From: Octopus sinensis
Lineage: Eukaryota
Assembly (NCBI RefSeq): GCF_006345805.1
Contig: NC_042997.1
Coordinates: 152,210,001-152,274,000, forward strand
DNA: 64,000 nt
Direction: 5' to 3'
Below the pieces are notes generated by a model. That model was not told where the DNA came from and ran no database searches. It saw nothing but the letters and a program-made list of their open reading frames with translations. Both the position numbers and the translations under genes were made by a program. Position 1 is the stretch's first letter. Every line of letters begins with the position of its first letter. Positions 1 through 13,616 of this stretch are shown one piece after another.

Positions 1-1388
1 TGCAAATCACGTGGTTAATATATATTCACCTTTCATATCTTCCGACTTCGTGCTTTTATTAACTCCTCACAGAATAATTTAATCACTCGGATTTTCTGGA
101 TTTTTAGTCAGATAAACCCTTTACATTTCACTACTTTGTAACTATGTGGACTGATAGCCGAGTCCGTACGAGGAGTTTATTGTGATAGCCGCACGAATCT
201 CTGAAGCCTTATCTTATAATATTATTTATAATTGACCATTTCGTTTATTTGGTCAATATTGCTCGTTTTAAGTACCATTCCTTCCGGATATATGCAACTA
301 CTCTATATTGTGTGACTAAACATGTAACTGTTCTTAGTTCAACAACAGCTGACGAGGCTAACGTTCACCGAAATCTATAGAAGGCCTACATGCTAATTCG
401 TGGTAAATATTCTGTTATTTCTGTATATGATTTATATGAAGTTCATTCCTGTTTGTTTAATTCACATAGACGTAACCTCATTGCGCCAACCACTTTATTT
501 TTCGATATACAGTCCTAGTGATTAAATATTTCGCTTAAGTAAACTAATAATTTACTGTATATGTTCTTATGCACCTGTACGTATTTTTCTTAAAATCACG
601 CTTTAAATATAGTGTACTCGAGAGCAATTGAGAGTATGTGTGTCTGTATTTGTTCAAGTGTCTACGTCTGTGTCTCCTCATATATGTGTGTTTACACAGT
701 GTACTTCGTTAAGTTATTGTCTAAAAGTATTGTCTAAAAATATTGAATACCATTTGCTTAGTTTCTTGTCAACCAATGAAATAGCATATTTTCCCAAAGA
801 ATTATGTTAGAGTTTTAAGTAAATATAAACAATATTAACAGCGAATAAATTTGGAATGGAGAAGTGGAGAAATTGATTGTGAAGGTTGACTAATAAGGTA
901 TGAAAACAGAAAGAATTTTAAATTTGATTTCTGTAACAATGCCAATGGAAATTTGAAATGGCTAAATGAATAAATAAAAGTACACTAACATCGTTTTGCT
1001 GATTTTAATAAAATACTACGAGAAGCAAGACAGAATATACGTATATCCTGGTTTAATAAATATGCTATAATGTATTCCATTTCAAAGGTGGTTCTTCAAA
1101 CTATCGACCCTACGCTCTTATTTCCAGCATACTAAAGGCAATGAGAAATGTCATTAATGATCCTTTTATCCACAACATTGAATGCCTTTTACTCCACAGA
1201 AGCCACATTAGATGAGCCAGATTAACATGAAACCAGTAGTCTCTCGGATTTGCAAATTTCTACGAAATCAATGTCAAAGAATTCTATCATGTTTGTGCGA
1301 GAATCTCCCAGCTAAAGTATTTTGCCAATATACTACTTTATCCCATTCTCATATCTAGGATTGGAATTATATGTGGCTTATACATATT

Positions 1389-1391
<3 letters not shown>

Positions 1392-1460
<69 letters not shown>

Positions 1461-1710
1461 ATATATATTCACATTCAAAATGTAACCGGCGGTGTACCGT
1501 TGGCGATTTTTTTCCTCCGTCTTCCCTTCTTTGGATCTTTTTTTCCTATGTTCTGACGAAGAGCTCCGCTCGAAACGTTAAACCTCGTTGTTTCTTCTTT
1601 CCTTCTTTCCTGAGTGTCCAATAACATTATACTTGTTCCACGTCCTCACCTGTGTTGTGTTTTCTCTGTGTTTCATATTTGGATTAACTTTATGTATATA
1701 TATATATTAT

Positions 1711-1756
<46 letters not shown>

Positions 1757-1761
1757 GAGAG

Positions 1762-1793
<32 letters not shown>
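1392..1793. repeat. (TA)n and (GA)n microsatellites
   Basis: Direct inspection. Confidence 0.9.
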
Positions 1794-1797
<4 letters not shown>

Positions 1798-3274
1798 TAG
1801 CTGTTATTTGTAACAGTGTTGAACTGTTTCGCATTATTTCTAGAAAACTAAATTGTGTACGTGCTTAATCTGTATAGCTGAATTGGTTGCACTGTTTTAA
1901 AGTAATCAAATGTCCATAAAGTACAATTCAACCTGATTGTAGTTACTTCTACCTTCAACACAGGTCGTGATAACATCTATTGTAAAATTTTAATTAAAAT
2001 GTTACTTCCTTCACATTTCATATAATATCAGTTACATCATTTTCTCGGCTTAAACATGAAATTTTCTAACGATGAATACTTCACTTAATCGGTTCATCAC
2101 TTTCTGTTGACTTTATTCACTCTTTATTGATCAATATAACAAATGGTGAAGATAATTCAATAGAAACTTCTGTTGAATTGGCTCCTGTACATTACTGGTA
2201 TTGGAATTAGTGGGAAAAGTTAGCCTGGGAAAGAAGAATCTATCCCAATGTCAGTTTAACATAAAGAGATATAATAATCTCCCGTTTCTGTCATCCACCA
2301 CTTCCATTACTGACACTGAAGTTGAAATACTTCAATAACGCATTGTTAAAAAGTTCGTCACACAATCTAACGAGTCAGGGTCCGATTCCACGATATGGTA
2401 TTTTCAGAGAGTGTATTTTACCGTAGCCTAGATTACACTAATGTTTTGTGAATAATATTTTGTAGATTCAAATTACTTTGGCTATGGTAAAATTCACTTT
2501 ACCAAGACGCCACATCTTGGGATTGAACCCAGATCTGCGTGACCGTGTAGCGAACTTCTCGAGGATACACATTAAGATTGAGTATCTTAATGTGAAAATT
2601 ATTCAGGAGAGAAGTGAATGGTAGAAACGACTCGCAGACACACTTAGACATATTTATGGTGTAATTGGTGCATCTGTGTAATGCCTCAAGGTATTTTTAC
2701 TGCTTAGTAACAAAGGAAAGGGTAACGCTCGTGACTCTATTTGCACAGCCTCCTAGGCTGGTGTGGAAAAAAAAGGGAAGAGGTTACTTTTAAATTGGAG
2801 ACCCAATCTGAGTGAATTCTGCGATACCCAAGTGATACCCAAGGACCAATTGGGATGTTAGCTAGGAGACTAGTTTGAATATACAACTTTGATATACATA
2901 GCCAATCGACGAAAATATGTACTAGACAACATCTTAGAGTTGATGTGCCCGAAAAACAGCCCAGGCTTGTGTTGCCTCATCATTGCCGCATTCCTATAAG
3001 AGAAATGAAAGGATATAACTATAAAGCGAGGAAGATAAAAAGCTCAAAAAAATTGGTGGTAGCAAGCTTCAGCAAAAGTTAATCGAAATGGGAGCCCATA
3101 GTTTATTTGCCGTAAAGAATGAAACACCTAACGCTTCGGACACTTTTACTTCTTCAGTAAGAAAGAGTATAGAAACTATTCTGCGTGAGAATAATATTAA
3201 CGTCTAATCGACAATAGATAAGTGCCCGAAATGTTAGATTTTAACCCTCAGCGCTACACTATGTTTCTACAATA

Positions 3275-3328
3275 TTATATATATATAATTATATATATAT
3301 TATATATATATATATATAATTATAGATA

Positions 3329-3359
<31 letters not shown>

Positions 3360-3429
3360 GATATAAATATAAATATATATGTATGTATGTATTAGTATGT
3401 ATGTATGATGTATGTATGTATGTATGTAT

Positions 3430-3498
<69 letters not shown>

Positions 3499-3797
3499 AT
3501 ACATATAACATAATAAAATAATACTATATTATATATATTTAAATTCTAAACTATTACATTCCTGAGAACCGTGTTAGTAGAAGTTGAAATTTTATTTCAT
3601 TAACTAAAGACAAAATGGTAGAGTAGTTGAACTGGTAGGATGTCAAACTAAATTATTATCGTAACGCAATTATTTAGGTCTACGTTCTGAATACAAATCT
3701 TGTTGGGACTATCGCTACATTCATCTCATTGGCGCTGCTGCAGCTATTGTTGGGGTTTTGCGTTGTTTTTGTTTGTTGTTGTTGTTGTTGTTGTTGT

Positions 3798-3834
<37 letters not shown>

Positions 3835-3895
3835 CATGATGATGATGATGGTGGTGGTGGTGGTGGTGATGATGCTGTTGTTGTTCTTGTTGTTT
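3275..3895. repeat. (TA)n/(TATG)n and (GTT)/(GAT)/(GGT)n tracts
   Basis: Direct inspection. Confidence 0.9.
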
Positions 3896-4715
3896 AAGAT
3901 CAGGTCTAATACAATCTTCGAATAGACCTAAGATTTGATCTAAAAGCTTTCCAGGGGTGATCATACTTATTTTTTTTCTTTTCTGAAGGAACTACTTTTT
4001 CTTTCGTTTTAGGCAGAAATATATATTATTCTTGGGACATTTGGCAGCTATTTCTAACAGAATGGGCGACCACCTAGTGGTTTTCTCGGAAAAGTTATAA
4101 GTTCTGCCGTCGGATTCAATCGAATTTTTTTTATTTATAACCTGAAGCATTATTTACAACATTTCAACTGAGAATTTTTAATTAATCTTATTTCCTTTTT
4201 CTAAGTTAAACATTATTCAATCTGTCAATTTGCCATAGAAGAATGCTAAAATAATTACAATATTTGTGGGTTATCATAGAGACTATAATAGATGTCTAGG
4301 TTTTGATAAATGAACGATGTATGAGAAAGTGTCGTCACTTACACGTATGCATTTAAATACATTGTAATTAATTGTAAATATACGTATATTTGTGTTTATA
4401 GATAGACAGAGACCGACAGAGGGAGTGAGTGAGAGAGAGAATGAGAGAATGAGTTATGAACATACATTCTCATACATACACATATGTGTTTGTATATATA
4501 TATATATATATATATGTACATATATTAATCGAAGTGTACAGTATTATATATATATCCATTACGGCTAATCTTGCCAATCGGTTTCGCACCAGGGGTTCAA
4601 TGGAGTGTTAGATAACAGCCCGATTATGTAACCTGCGACCTTCAGAGAAGGGCAATTTTGTGGGGGGTATGTGTATGTATGTGCGTGTGTGTGTGTGTGT
4701 GTGTGGTGTGTGTGT

Positions 4716-4751
<36 letters not shown>

Positions 4752-5294
4752 TGTGTGTGCTTGTGTGTGTGTGTATGTGTGTACTTTCACAGAACGATAA
4801 GGACAGAAAGCCTAGCCTGACATGACCTTGAAACAAGTTACAAACCAGGACGATAACAGGAAACTTAAAGAGCAAAGCAAAGTCAGGGAGTATCGATAGT
4901 CTTTCGACATCGATGTGAAAAATGTACAAGAAAAATTGCTGAAAAAGGAGACAACAAAAAAATAAGAAAAAGAAATAGCTCGCAAATTCACTTTGTCAGC
5001 CGTTAACAAGATATACTTGCGAATTTGAAACTACATGGAAGCCGTCGTATATAATTCATAGATGTATAAACACACGGGCACAGGCACACACACAGCACAC
5101 ACACACATACACACGCACACATACACACGTAAACACAACCAAACATAAACTTATATGCGCATTTGAGTGTATGCATCACCATCGCTTGACAACTGGTGTC
5201 ACGTCCCCGTAACTTAGCGGCTCGGTAAAAGAGACCGATAAAGTACCGGATTTCAAAAAAAGAAAGTACTGGCATCGATACATTCGACTAAGAG

Positions 5295-6435
5295 TTTCGG
5301 GGTCGATAAATTAAGTACTAGTTCCGTACCGGGGTCGATCTAATCGACTGGACCCTTCCCCAAAATTTTAGGCCTTGTGCCTAGAGTAGAAAAGAATAAT
5401 AATAATTTGTTCTTATTATAGGTGCAAAGCCTGAAATCTTTGGGGACGGGGCTCGTTGAGTGCATCAACCCTAGTGCTTCACTGGTTCTTATTTTATCGA
5501 CCCAGGAAGGATAAAAGGCAGAGTCGACCTCTACGGAATTTGAACTCAGAAAATAAAGACGGGACGAAATGCCGCTAAGCATTTTGCCCGGCGTGCTAAC
5601 GATTCTGCCTGCATACCGCCTTAGCTTTCAATGATGATAATGAAGGTTTCTAATTTAGGCCAAAGGGAAGCAATTTTAAGGGGCGAGGGAGTAGTCGATA
5701 ACATCGCCTCTAGTACTTGGTTGGTACTTTAGTTCATTGATCACGGAAGGAAGAAAAGCAAACTTGACATCGGCGTGATTAGAACTGAAAACGTAAACAG
5801 CTAGAACAAATATTGTACAGAACAAAAAAATTATTCCGAAGCTTTAATGATTCGGCTAATTCACTGGCCTACTCAATAATAATTATAATGCCTTTCACCC
5901 TTTCGGGGGGTCGGTAAATTAAGTACCAGATGCGTACTGGAGTCGGTCTAACCGACTGGCCCCTCCCCCAAAATTTCGAACCTTGTGCCTAGAGTACAAA
6001 TAATAATTATAATGACTTTCAAATTTGGTGACACGGCTAAAACTTTGCATTGATTCCAGTATTTGAGCCGCACTTTATTTTATTGAGGCAAAGTTTACCT
6101 TTGCGAAATTTGAATTCAAAACGTGAAAATCCAGAACAAATACCGCACGATATTTTGACCGATGCTCCAACGAATCCGCCAACTTATTGTATTCAATAAT
6201 AACAATAATAATCATTTCTACTACAGGCACTTGACCTGAGATTTTTTGATGGGAAGAAGTCTGGTCGATCACATCGATTGCAGTGCTTAATCGGTATTTA
6301 TTTCATCGACCCCGAAAAGAATGAAAGGCGAAGTCGACTGCAGCAGCGTTTGAACACAGATCGTGAAGACGGACGAACGAATGCCGCTAAGTGTTTTATC
6401 TGGCCCGCGAACGATTCTTCTAGCTCACCGCTTTA

Positions 6436-6511
<76 letters not shown>

Positions 6512-6796
6512 GTTCACCTCTGGAAACATAAGTGGTTCTTTCAACATCCTTAAACAACCCTTATTCAGGGACCGTTTGAGCGGGATGGGCTATTCAACCT
6601 GAAGAAAATTCTAACTGGGCCCCACCTGCAAGGTCATGTGCTGTTTATCTTGATATGACATCACCATGTCGTGCACATATGGTTGTGATACATGTGCCTG
6701 GTGTACCTTTATCAGACGGGTAGTCATGCTGGGTATATTGGGCTTCGTATATTTTACCCCAGTGTCACTTTGATGGCATGAACTGCTCTCTCACTC

Positions 6797-6837
<41 letters not shown>

Positions 6838-7103
6838 TCATTTCTACTAAAGTCACAAAACCTGAAATTGGGATGGTGGAGAGACTGGTCGATTACATAG
6901 ACTGCAGTGTTCCACTGGTACTTAATTTATTGACCCCGAAAAGATGAAAGGCAAAGTCGACCTTGGCGGAATTTGAACTCATAACGTAGCGACCGGCGGA
7001 ATACCGTTAAGCATTTTGTCCAGCCTGTGAAAGATTCTGCTAGCTCCCTGCTTTAAAGATAATAATAATAATAATAAAATAATAATAATAATAATAATAA
7101 TAA

Positions 7104-7134
<31 letters not shown>

Positions 7135-7186
7135 AAGAAGAAGAAGAAGAAGAAGAAGAAGAAGAAGAAGAAGAAGAAGAAGAAGA

Positions 7187-7249
<63 letters not shown>

Positions 7250-8533
7250 GCAACAACAACTACTGCTACAACAACAACAACAATGGTTTCAAATTTTGGC
7301 ACAAGACCAGCAATTTCGGACGAGGGAATAAGCCGATTACATCGACCTAGTGTCTAACTGGTACTTATTTCATAGACCCCCCCGAAAGGATAAAAGGCAT
7401 AGTCGACCTGGGAGGAATTTGAACTCACACCATAAAGAGGGACCAAATACATCGATCTCAGTGTTCAATTGGTATTTTTCTCGGTCCCCGAAAGGATGTA
7501 AACTAAAGTCGACCTCGGTGGAATTTGAACTCAGAGCGTAACAAACCGGAAGAAATGATACCTAGTATTTTCTTTGGCATGTTAATGATTCTGTCAGCTC
7601 GCCGCGTTGAAATACAAAATCAGGCAGTGTCTTAAATTAGGAATCGATATATTCCGTGCACCTAATAAAAAATGATAATAATCTTTTCTACTATAGACAC
7701 AAGGCCTGAAATTTTGCGGGAGGGGACTAGTCGATTACAACGATCCCAGTGCTGGACAGGTACATATTTTCTCGACTCCGAAAGGATGACAGGCAAAGTC
7801 GATCCCGGCGGAATTTGAACTTCGAACGTAAAGACGGACGAATTGCCAAGCATTTCGCCCAGCGAGCTTACTATTCTGCCAGCACACCGCCAATAATAAT
7901 AATAATAACAGTAATCCTTTCTACAATTGGCACAAAGCCTGAAATTAAGGGAGAGGAGAATAGTTGATTACATCGATCCCAGTGATCCATTAGTACTTAA
8001 TTTATCAACCCCGAAAGGATGAAAGGCAAAGTCGACCTCGGCGGATTTTGAACCCAGAATGTGAAGAAAGACGAAATACCTATTTCTTTACTACCCACAA
8101 GGGGCTAAACATAGAGAGGACAAACAAGGACAGACAAACGGATTAAATCGATTATATCGACCCCAGTGTGTAACTGGTACTTAATTTATCGATCCCGAAA
8201 GGATGAAAGGCAAAGTCGACCTCGGCGGAATTTGAACTCAGAACATAACAGCAGACGAAATACGGCTACGCATTTCCCCTAGCGTGCTAACGTTTCTGCC
8301 AGCTCGCAAATTTTGGCACAGGACCAAATAATATTTGAGTGGGCAGGGAGCAAGTCAGCTAGATCGACCCTAGTGCTTGACTAGTACTTAATTTATTGAG
8401 TCCAGAAAGATAAAAGACAAGGTCTATTTCGACGATATTTGAACTCAGAACAAAACGATAGATGAAACGACGCTAAGCATTTTGTCCGACGTGCTAGCAG
8501 TTCTGCGAGTCCGCCGATTACGTAGTAATAGTG

Positions 8534-8566
<33 letters not shown>

Positions 8567-8765
8567 TAGTTAGTAGTAGTTTCAAATTTAAGCACAAGAC
8601 TAGCAATTTTAGAGATGCGGTAAGTCGATTACATCAAAATAGTACTTAATTTATCGATACCGGAAGGATAAACGGTAAAGTCAAATTCGGCGGAATTTAA
8701 TCTCAGAACGTATAAACGGATGAAATGTCGCTAAGCTTTTCAACCGGCGTGCTAACGATTCAGTC

Positions 8766-8802
<37 letters not shown>

Positions 8803-9005
8803 GTTTCAAATTTTGCCACAAGGGCAGCAAGTTCGGGGGAGGGGAATGAGCCGATTACATCGACCCCAGTGTTCAACTGGTACTTGTTTTATCGATCCCG
8901 AGAGGATGAAGGGATAAGTCAAATTGTGTGGAATTTGAACTCAGAACGTAAAAGACGGACGAGATGCCGCTAAGCATTTTTCCCGTCGAGTTAACGATTC
9001 TGCCA
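5295..9005 (-). mobile_element. Dense cluster of about 14 full or partial tRNA-derived SINEs (family A), mostly minus strand
   Basis: Repeated head GGCGG..GAGCTGGCAGAATCGTTAGCAC, B-box GAGTTCAAATTCC and body GAGGTCGACTTTGCCTTTCATCCTTTCGGGGTCGAT, separated by (AAT)/(AGT)/(AAG) tracts. Probably one of the described octopus SINE families (OR1/OR2/OK); assignment not checked. Confidence 0.92.
6511..6835 (+). mobile_element. Retroposon 3'-end fragment with (AAT)n tail
   Basis: Unique 286-bp segment ending CTGCTCTCTCACTC(AAT)n, with (AAT)n also on its 5' side; family not identified. Confidence 0.5.
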
Positions 9006-9031
9006 ATAACAACAACAACAACAACAACAAC

Positions 9032-9077
<46 letters not shown>

Positions 9078-9443
9078 TCTTAATTACTTACATCTCATAG
9101 TAGCTGCTCCAACGAACAGTCAAGCCCCCTTGGTTTGAAAACATCATTCCTTTCATTCTTGTTCCCTAATTTTTTGCCAGTTCCTTTCATGCTGAAATAC
9201 AATTCCTTGTCATCCAGTTGTCAAATAAACCAATTTTGCATTCTTTTTCATTTGACTTTTATTTTATTTATTTATTTTTTTTCTTGTTGCTTCTTTTCCC
9301 TTTCTCACTTATCTTTCCTCTCTCCTCTCTCCCTTGTCTTGGGGGTAGGCTTAGAATTCTTCAATATTCTTTCATTTGTTAGTGTTTGTGATGCAACAAT
9401 AGACTATCACACATGGAAGCTGTTATAAGTCAGTATCTGTTAG

Positions 9444-9460
9444 GCACACACACACACACA

Positions 9461-9495
<35 letters not shown>

Positions 9496-9928
9496 CACAC
9501 AAACGCACACACACGCATACACACACACACACATATATATATATATATGTATATATACACACACATACATATATGCATACATATATAATTGTGTGTATGT
9601 GTGTGTGTGTGTGTGTGTGTAAATACATACATAGGGAGGAGAGAGAGAGCGATTCTTCTGTGTAGGTATTTAATGTGTTTGTGTGCGCTTGTCCGTGTGT
9701 GCGAGCATGTGTATATGAGAGTGAGAAAGAGAGAGAGTGAGAGAGAGAAAGAGAGGGAGAGAGAAAGAGAGAAAAGAGAAAGAGAGAGGAAGAGAGATAA
9801 GGAGAGAGAGGGAGAGAGAGAAATAGAGAGGAGGAGAGAGAGAGAAGAGAAAGAGAGAGAGAGGGAGAGAGAGCGAAAGAGACGGAGGGAGAGAAAGAGA
9901 CAGAGGGAAAGAGAGAAAGAGAGAGAGG

Positions 9929-9997
<69 letters not shown>

Positions 9998-10012
9998 CGT
10001 GTGCGTGCGTGT
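9444..10012. repeat. Compound (CA)/(TA)/(TG)/(GA) microsatellite block
   Basis: Direct inspection. Confidence 0.92.
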
Positions 10013-12239
10013 GGACAAGAAATGTGGAAGATGGGTACTACGACGAACATAATAAAACTGAAGCTGAAAAATCTAACATGGCCGACTGCACTCGAGGGAA
10101 AGAGAAAACTCTTTAGAAAAATAAACCCTTGGAAACTAAGAAGATATTTCTTGTTGCTGCCCGTCAGAATAAACTGGAAAAACAAATGTTTAAACTAGAT
10201 AAAGGAAATGAAAGCAAATTAAAGAAGACAGTTGCTATTATTTCTAGTGAGTACTGAGAATATATTAGCGTATCATTTGGCAAAGTCTTCTACTGCCATT
10301 TACATTGCCACCACCTTGTTGTTAGAGACGGTGATGTGATAAATAAAAAGAAAGAATTGGGGAATCATTCTTGTTAAGAAGTGGGGTGGAGAGAAAAAGA
10401 AGGCAAGAGATAACAATGTTCTCATCTTCAACTTCCTCTCTTCTAGCCATCAAGAAAGTCTAATATTGTTATTTATTTTTATATTTCTTTATTTTAGTTG
10501 TAGGTTGGTTCGTTTGGTTTTATCGTTGTTTTTGTTATATTCGTTGCTTGCTTCTTCTTTATTATTATTATTATTATTATTATTATTTTTATTATTTCTA
10601 TTTTATTTTGGGTTGTATTTGAGGTCAGCTGTTAAACTAGCAAGAACTTTTATTGCTTGTTCAAGCTAGTGTGAACGTGTTAAAGAGAAGTGTGAAAGAT
10701 CAGCAGACATTTTTAAAGGAACCTTCCTTCTCCTGGTTTGCTGTTCGTGGTGTTGTTTGACTTGTTATTCCTTCTAACAAGTAATAAAATAAACCTCCCA
10801 TTTAAAGGCCTAGTGCGACCCCCCTTGTCTCATTTTCTTTCATCATGTGGTTAATTGGATGGAATTAGCTCTTGCTTTCATAAGATTCATAGCGTCGGAT
10901 GTCGTTTGCACTCAGCAACAGCATCACTCACAGAAATTCTCCAATCAAGTAAACCAGACATTCCTTCATCTCTCACTCTCTCACACTCTCCCTCCTCCTC
11001 TCACTCTCTTACTTTCTCTCTCTCTCTCTCACTCTCCTTCTCTTCTTTTGTTACGTCCATCTTTTTTTTTTTTTCTTACCTCGTTCCTTTCTGTTTTTCG
11101 CTCTTTCACTTTTCTCAAACTTTCTTTAACGCTGATTCTTTAGTCTTTTCTTCCGTTGTTTCTCATTTGTCTTCTCGGTGAAATTAGATGAGAGAGAAAC
11201 GTATGAAACCGAGAAACCACGAGAAACATTACAACCGGCAAGAAAGATTTCAGCTTAATTTCGGCTAAATCTTAAAGCATTACCAATCTGGATATTCCGA
11301 TTTTTAATTACCCTTCTATTATACTCTATAATGAAATTTAAGTCGCTTCTCTGACTAAATGGTCTTTCGTTAAATCAGCAGCATTACATTCAATGTTTCT
11401 GTTCCATTAACTCCCATTTATGTTTGTTTTGTAGAGTTGTTGTTGTTGGTTTTTGTGTTTCTATTTTAACTTTGTCTATTTTATTCTTTTTCATTGTTTG
11501 TTTTTAACCTTACTTTGACCTAAAATCATGCTTGAAACATTGTAAATGTCAAGTATCTTTAATGTCAGTAATTTTTAAATGGTTTAAGTTCTTAACATTT
11601 AAAAACCTTCTTTCGAAAGTTAAGCAAGCAAGAGTAGATAAGTCATATCAAGTATTGTAAGTACCATGCAAAAGATGCTCTCTTTAACTTATTCCAACAA
11701 CAACAAAAAAACAGTCAGAATTACGCAATAAGATCTTCACTTGATAATTCGTTTTATCCTCAGATTTATGTTTGCATATTCTTTGTAATCCTTGTTCTCA
11801 AATTATATGCAAATAGTGAGAGTTATATGATAATTACATACAGCAAGTAATAAGAAAGGTGGGATTTGAAGTCGTAACAAGTTTTGTGATAACGACATCC
11901 CACACAACCTAGTTAAAAAAATTTTACTTCGGCGTTTCGTAAGCCGCACATGATACTGGTAAGCAATGCCAATCCTTGGAACTTTAATCAGTCATGAATG
12001 CAAATCATTTCAATGATAGGTCTGCTTCATTGTGGCTGAGCTGGAGTTAAACAATAACGATAATAATAACAACAATAAACATATATGCGCTAACGAAGAA
12101 TCCTATAGGAAGTCGATTTTTCTGCTCGAAATAACAACCAAATGTAACTCATATCACATCCTATTGTCTTATATAAGGACAAGACGCATTAGGTAATGAA
12201 TTCAAGCATACTACAATGTGTATACATACGTAGGTTTAG

Positions 12240-12313
12240 TATGTATGTATGTATGTATGTATGTATGTATGTATGTATGTATGTATGTATGTATATGTAT
12301 GTATTTATGTGTG

Positions 12314-12351
<38 letters not shown>

Positions 12352-12359
12352 TACGTATC

Positions 12360-12391
<32 letters not shown>

Positions 12392-12414
12392 TGTATGTGT
12401 ATATATATACTACA

Positions 12415-12482
<68 letters not shown>

Positions 12483-12555
12483 AAGGGTGAAATGTTCTTT
12501 ATAAAATTATTTTAGCATTTTCTATTTTGACTTGTTTTTTCATATATATATATAC

Positions 12556-12586
<31 letters not shown>

Positions 12587-12680
12587 TATATTATATTTTA
12601 TATATAGATATATATATATATATATATTATATATAGATATATATATATATATATATATATATTATTATATATATATATAA
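12240..12680. repeat. (TATG)n/(TA)n block
   Basis: Direct inspection. Confidence 0.92.
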
Positions 12681-13075
12681 AACTGAAAATGCTTTTTTTT
12701 ACCGCTTGGATCGCTTTCAATGCCACTACATCCCGTCCGATTCGCTCCAAAATTTACAGGGACATGTAGAATGAGGTGACAAAGCTCGTGGGCTACCTTA
12801 GAAATCCCTATCTTAAAATGTGTGGTTGCTAGGGGCCATCTTCCTCACTCACGCTATTTCCTCCAGTACCCTCTCACTCCTCTCCATTTATAACTTTGAT
12901 AATTCCACTACCGTTATTTAAAGTATCTGTCACTCTCGCTATTTCCTCTCCTTTTCACTCACTCTGTTTCTTACCTTCCCATCGCGTCGGCGTTCTTTTA
13001 CGTATCTGTCTGTCACCAACAACACACGAGCATGAGAACAAATATTATGAATCAGATATTCTTGCGTTCATTTAT

Positions 13076-13244
13076 ATGTGTGTGTGTGTGTTCTATATAT
13101 AGATATGTATATATAATGTATGTGTGTGTGTGTTCTATATATAAATATGTATATATAATGTGTGTGTGTGTTCTATATATAAATATGTATATATAATGTA
13201 TGTGTGTGTGTGTGTTCTATATATAAATATGTATATATAATGTA
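13076..13244. repeat. ~40-bp minisatellite x4 built from TG/TA microsatellite
   Basis: (TG)n-TTCTATATATA(G/A)ATATGTATATATAATG repeated four times. Confidence 0.85.
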
Positions 13245-13565
13245 TATATACAAAGTGTATATATCTGTATTTATGTATATTAAACTTTTTCATACTTTTA
13301 CATAGTTATATATATTTTTAATCAAATTATAAATATAATTTATAATTTTTTTTTTTCAATTTAAATAATTTAAATTTTTCAATTTTATATTTTATATATT
13401 TTTATATTATATTTTTTTTAATGTTTTTGTTTTTTGGTTTTTCACTGTTTGATTTGCCTATTAGTGGTTTTATCTCTAATTTAATTTACACAGATATATA
13501 TCTCATTTGTATACATTTGTTATATATGCATGCACACACACACACACACACACCACACACACACA

Positions 13566-13616
<51 letters not shown>

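Noticed and set aside
5295-9005. CRISPR-like repeat-spacer array
   Set aside because: Units are 150-230-bp diverged SINEs with tRNA boxes in eukaryotic DNA; no cas genes
9990-11250. GA/CT-rich, CpG-containing region resembling a 5' UTR or promoter
   Set aside because: No start site, splice pattern or ORF can be supported from sequence alone
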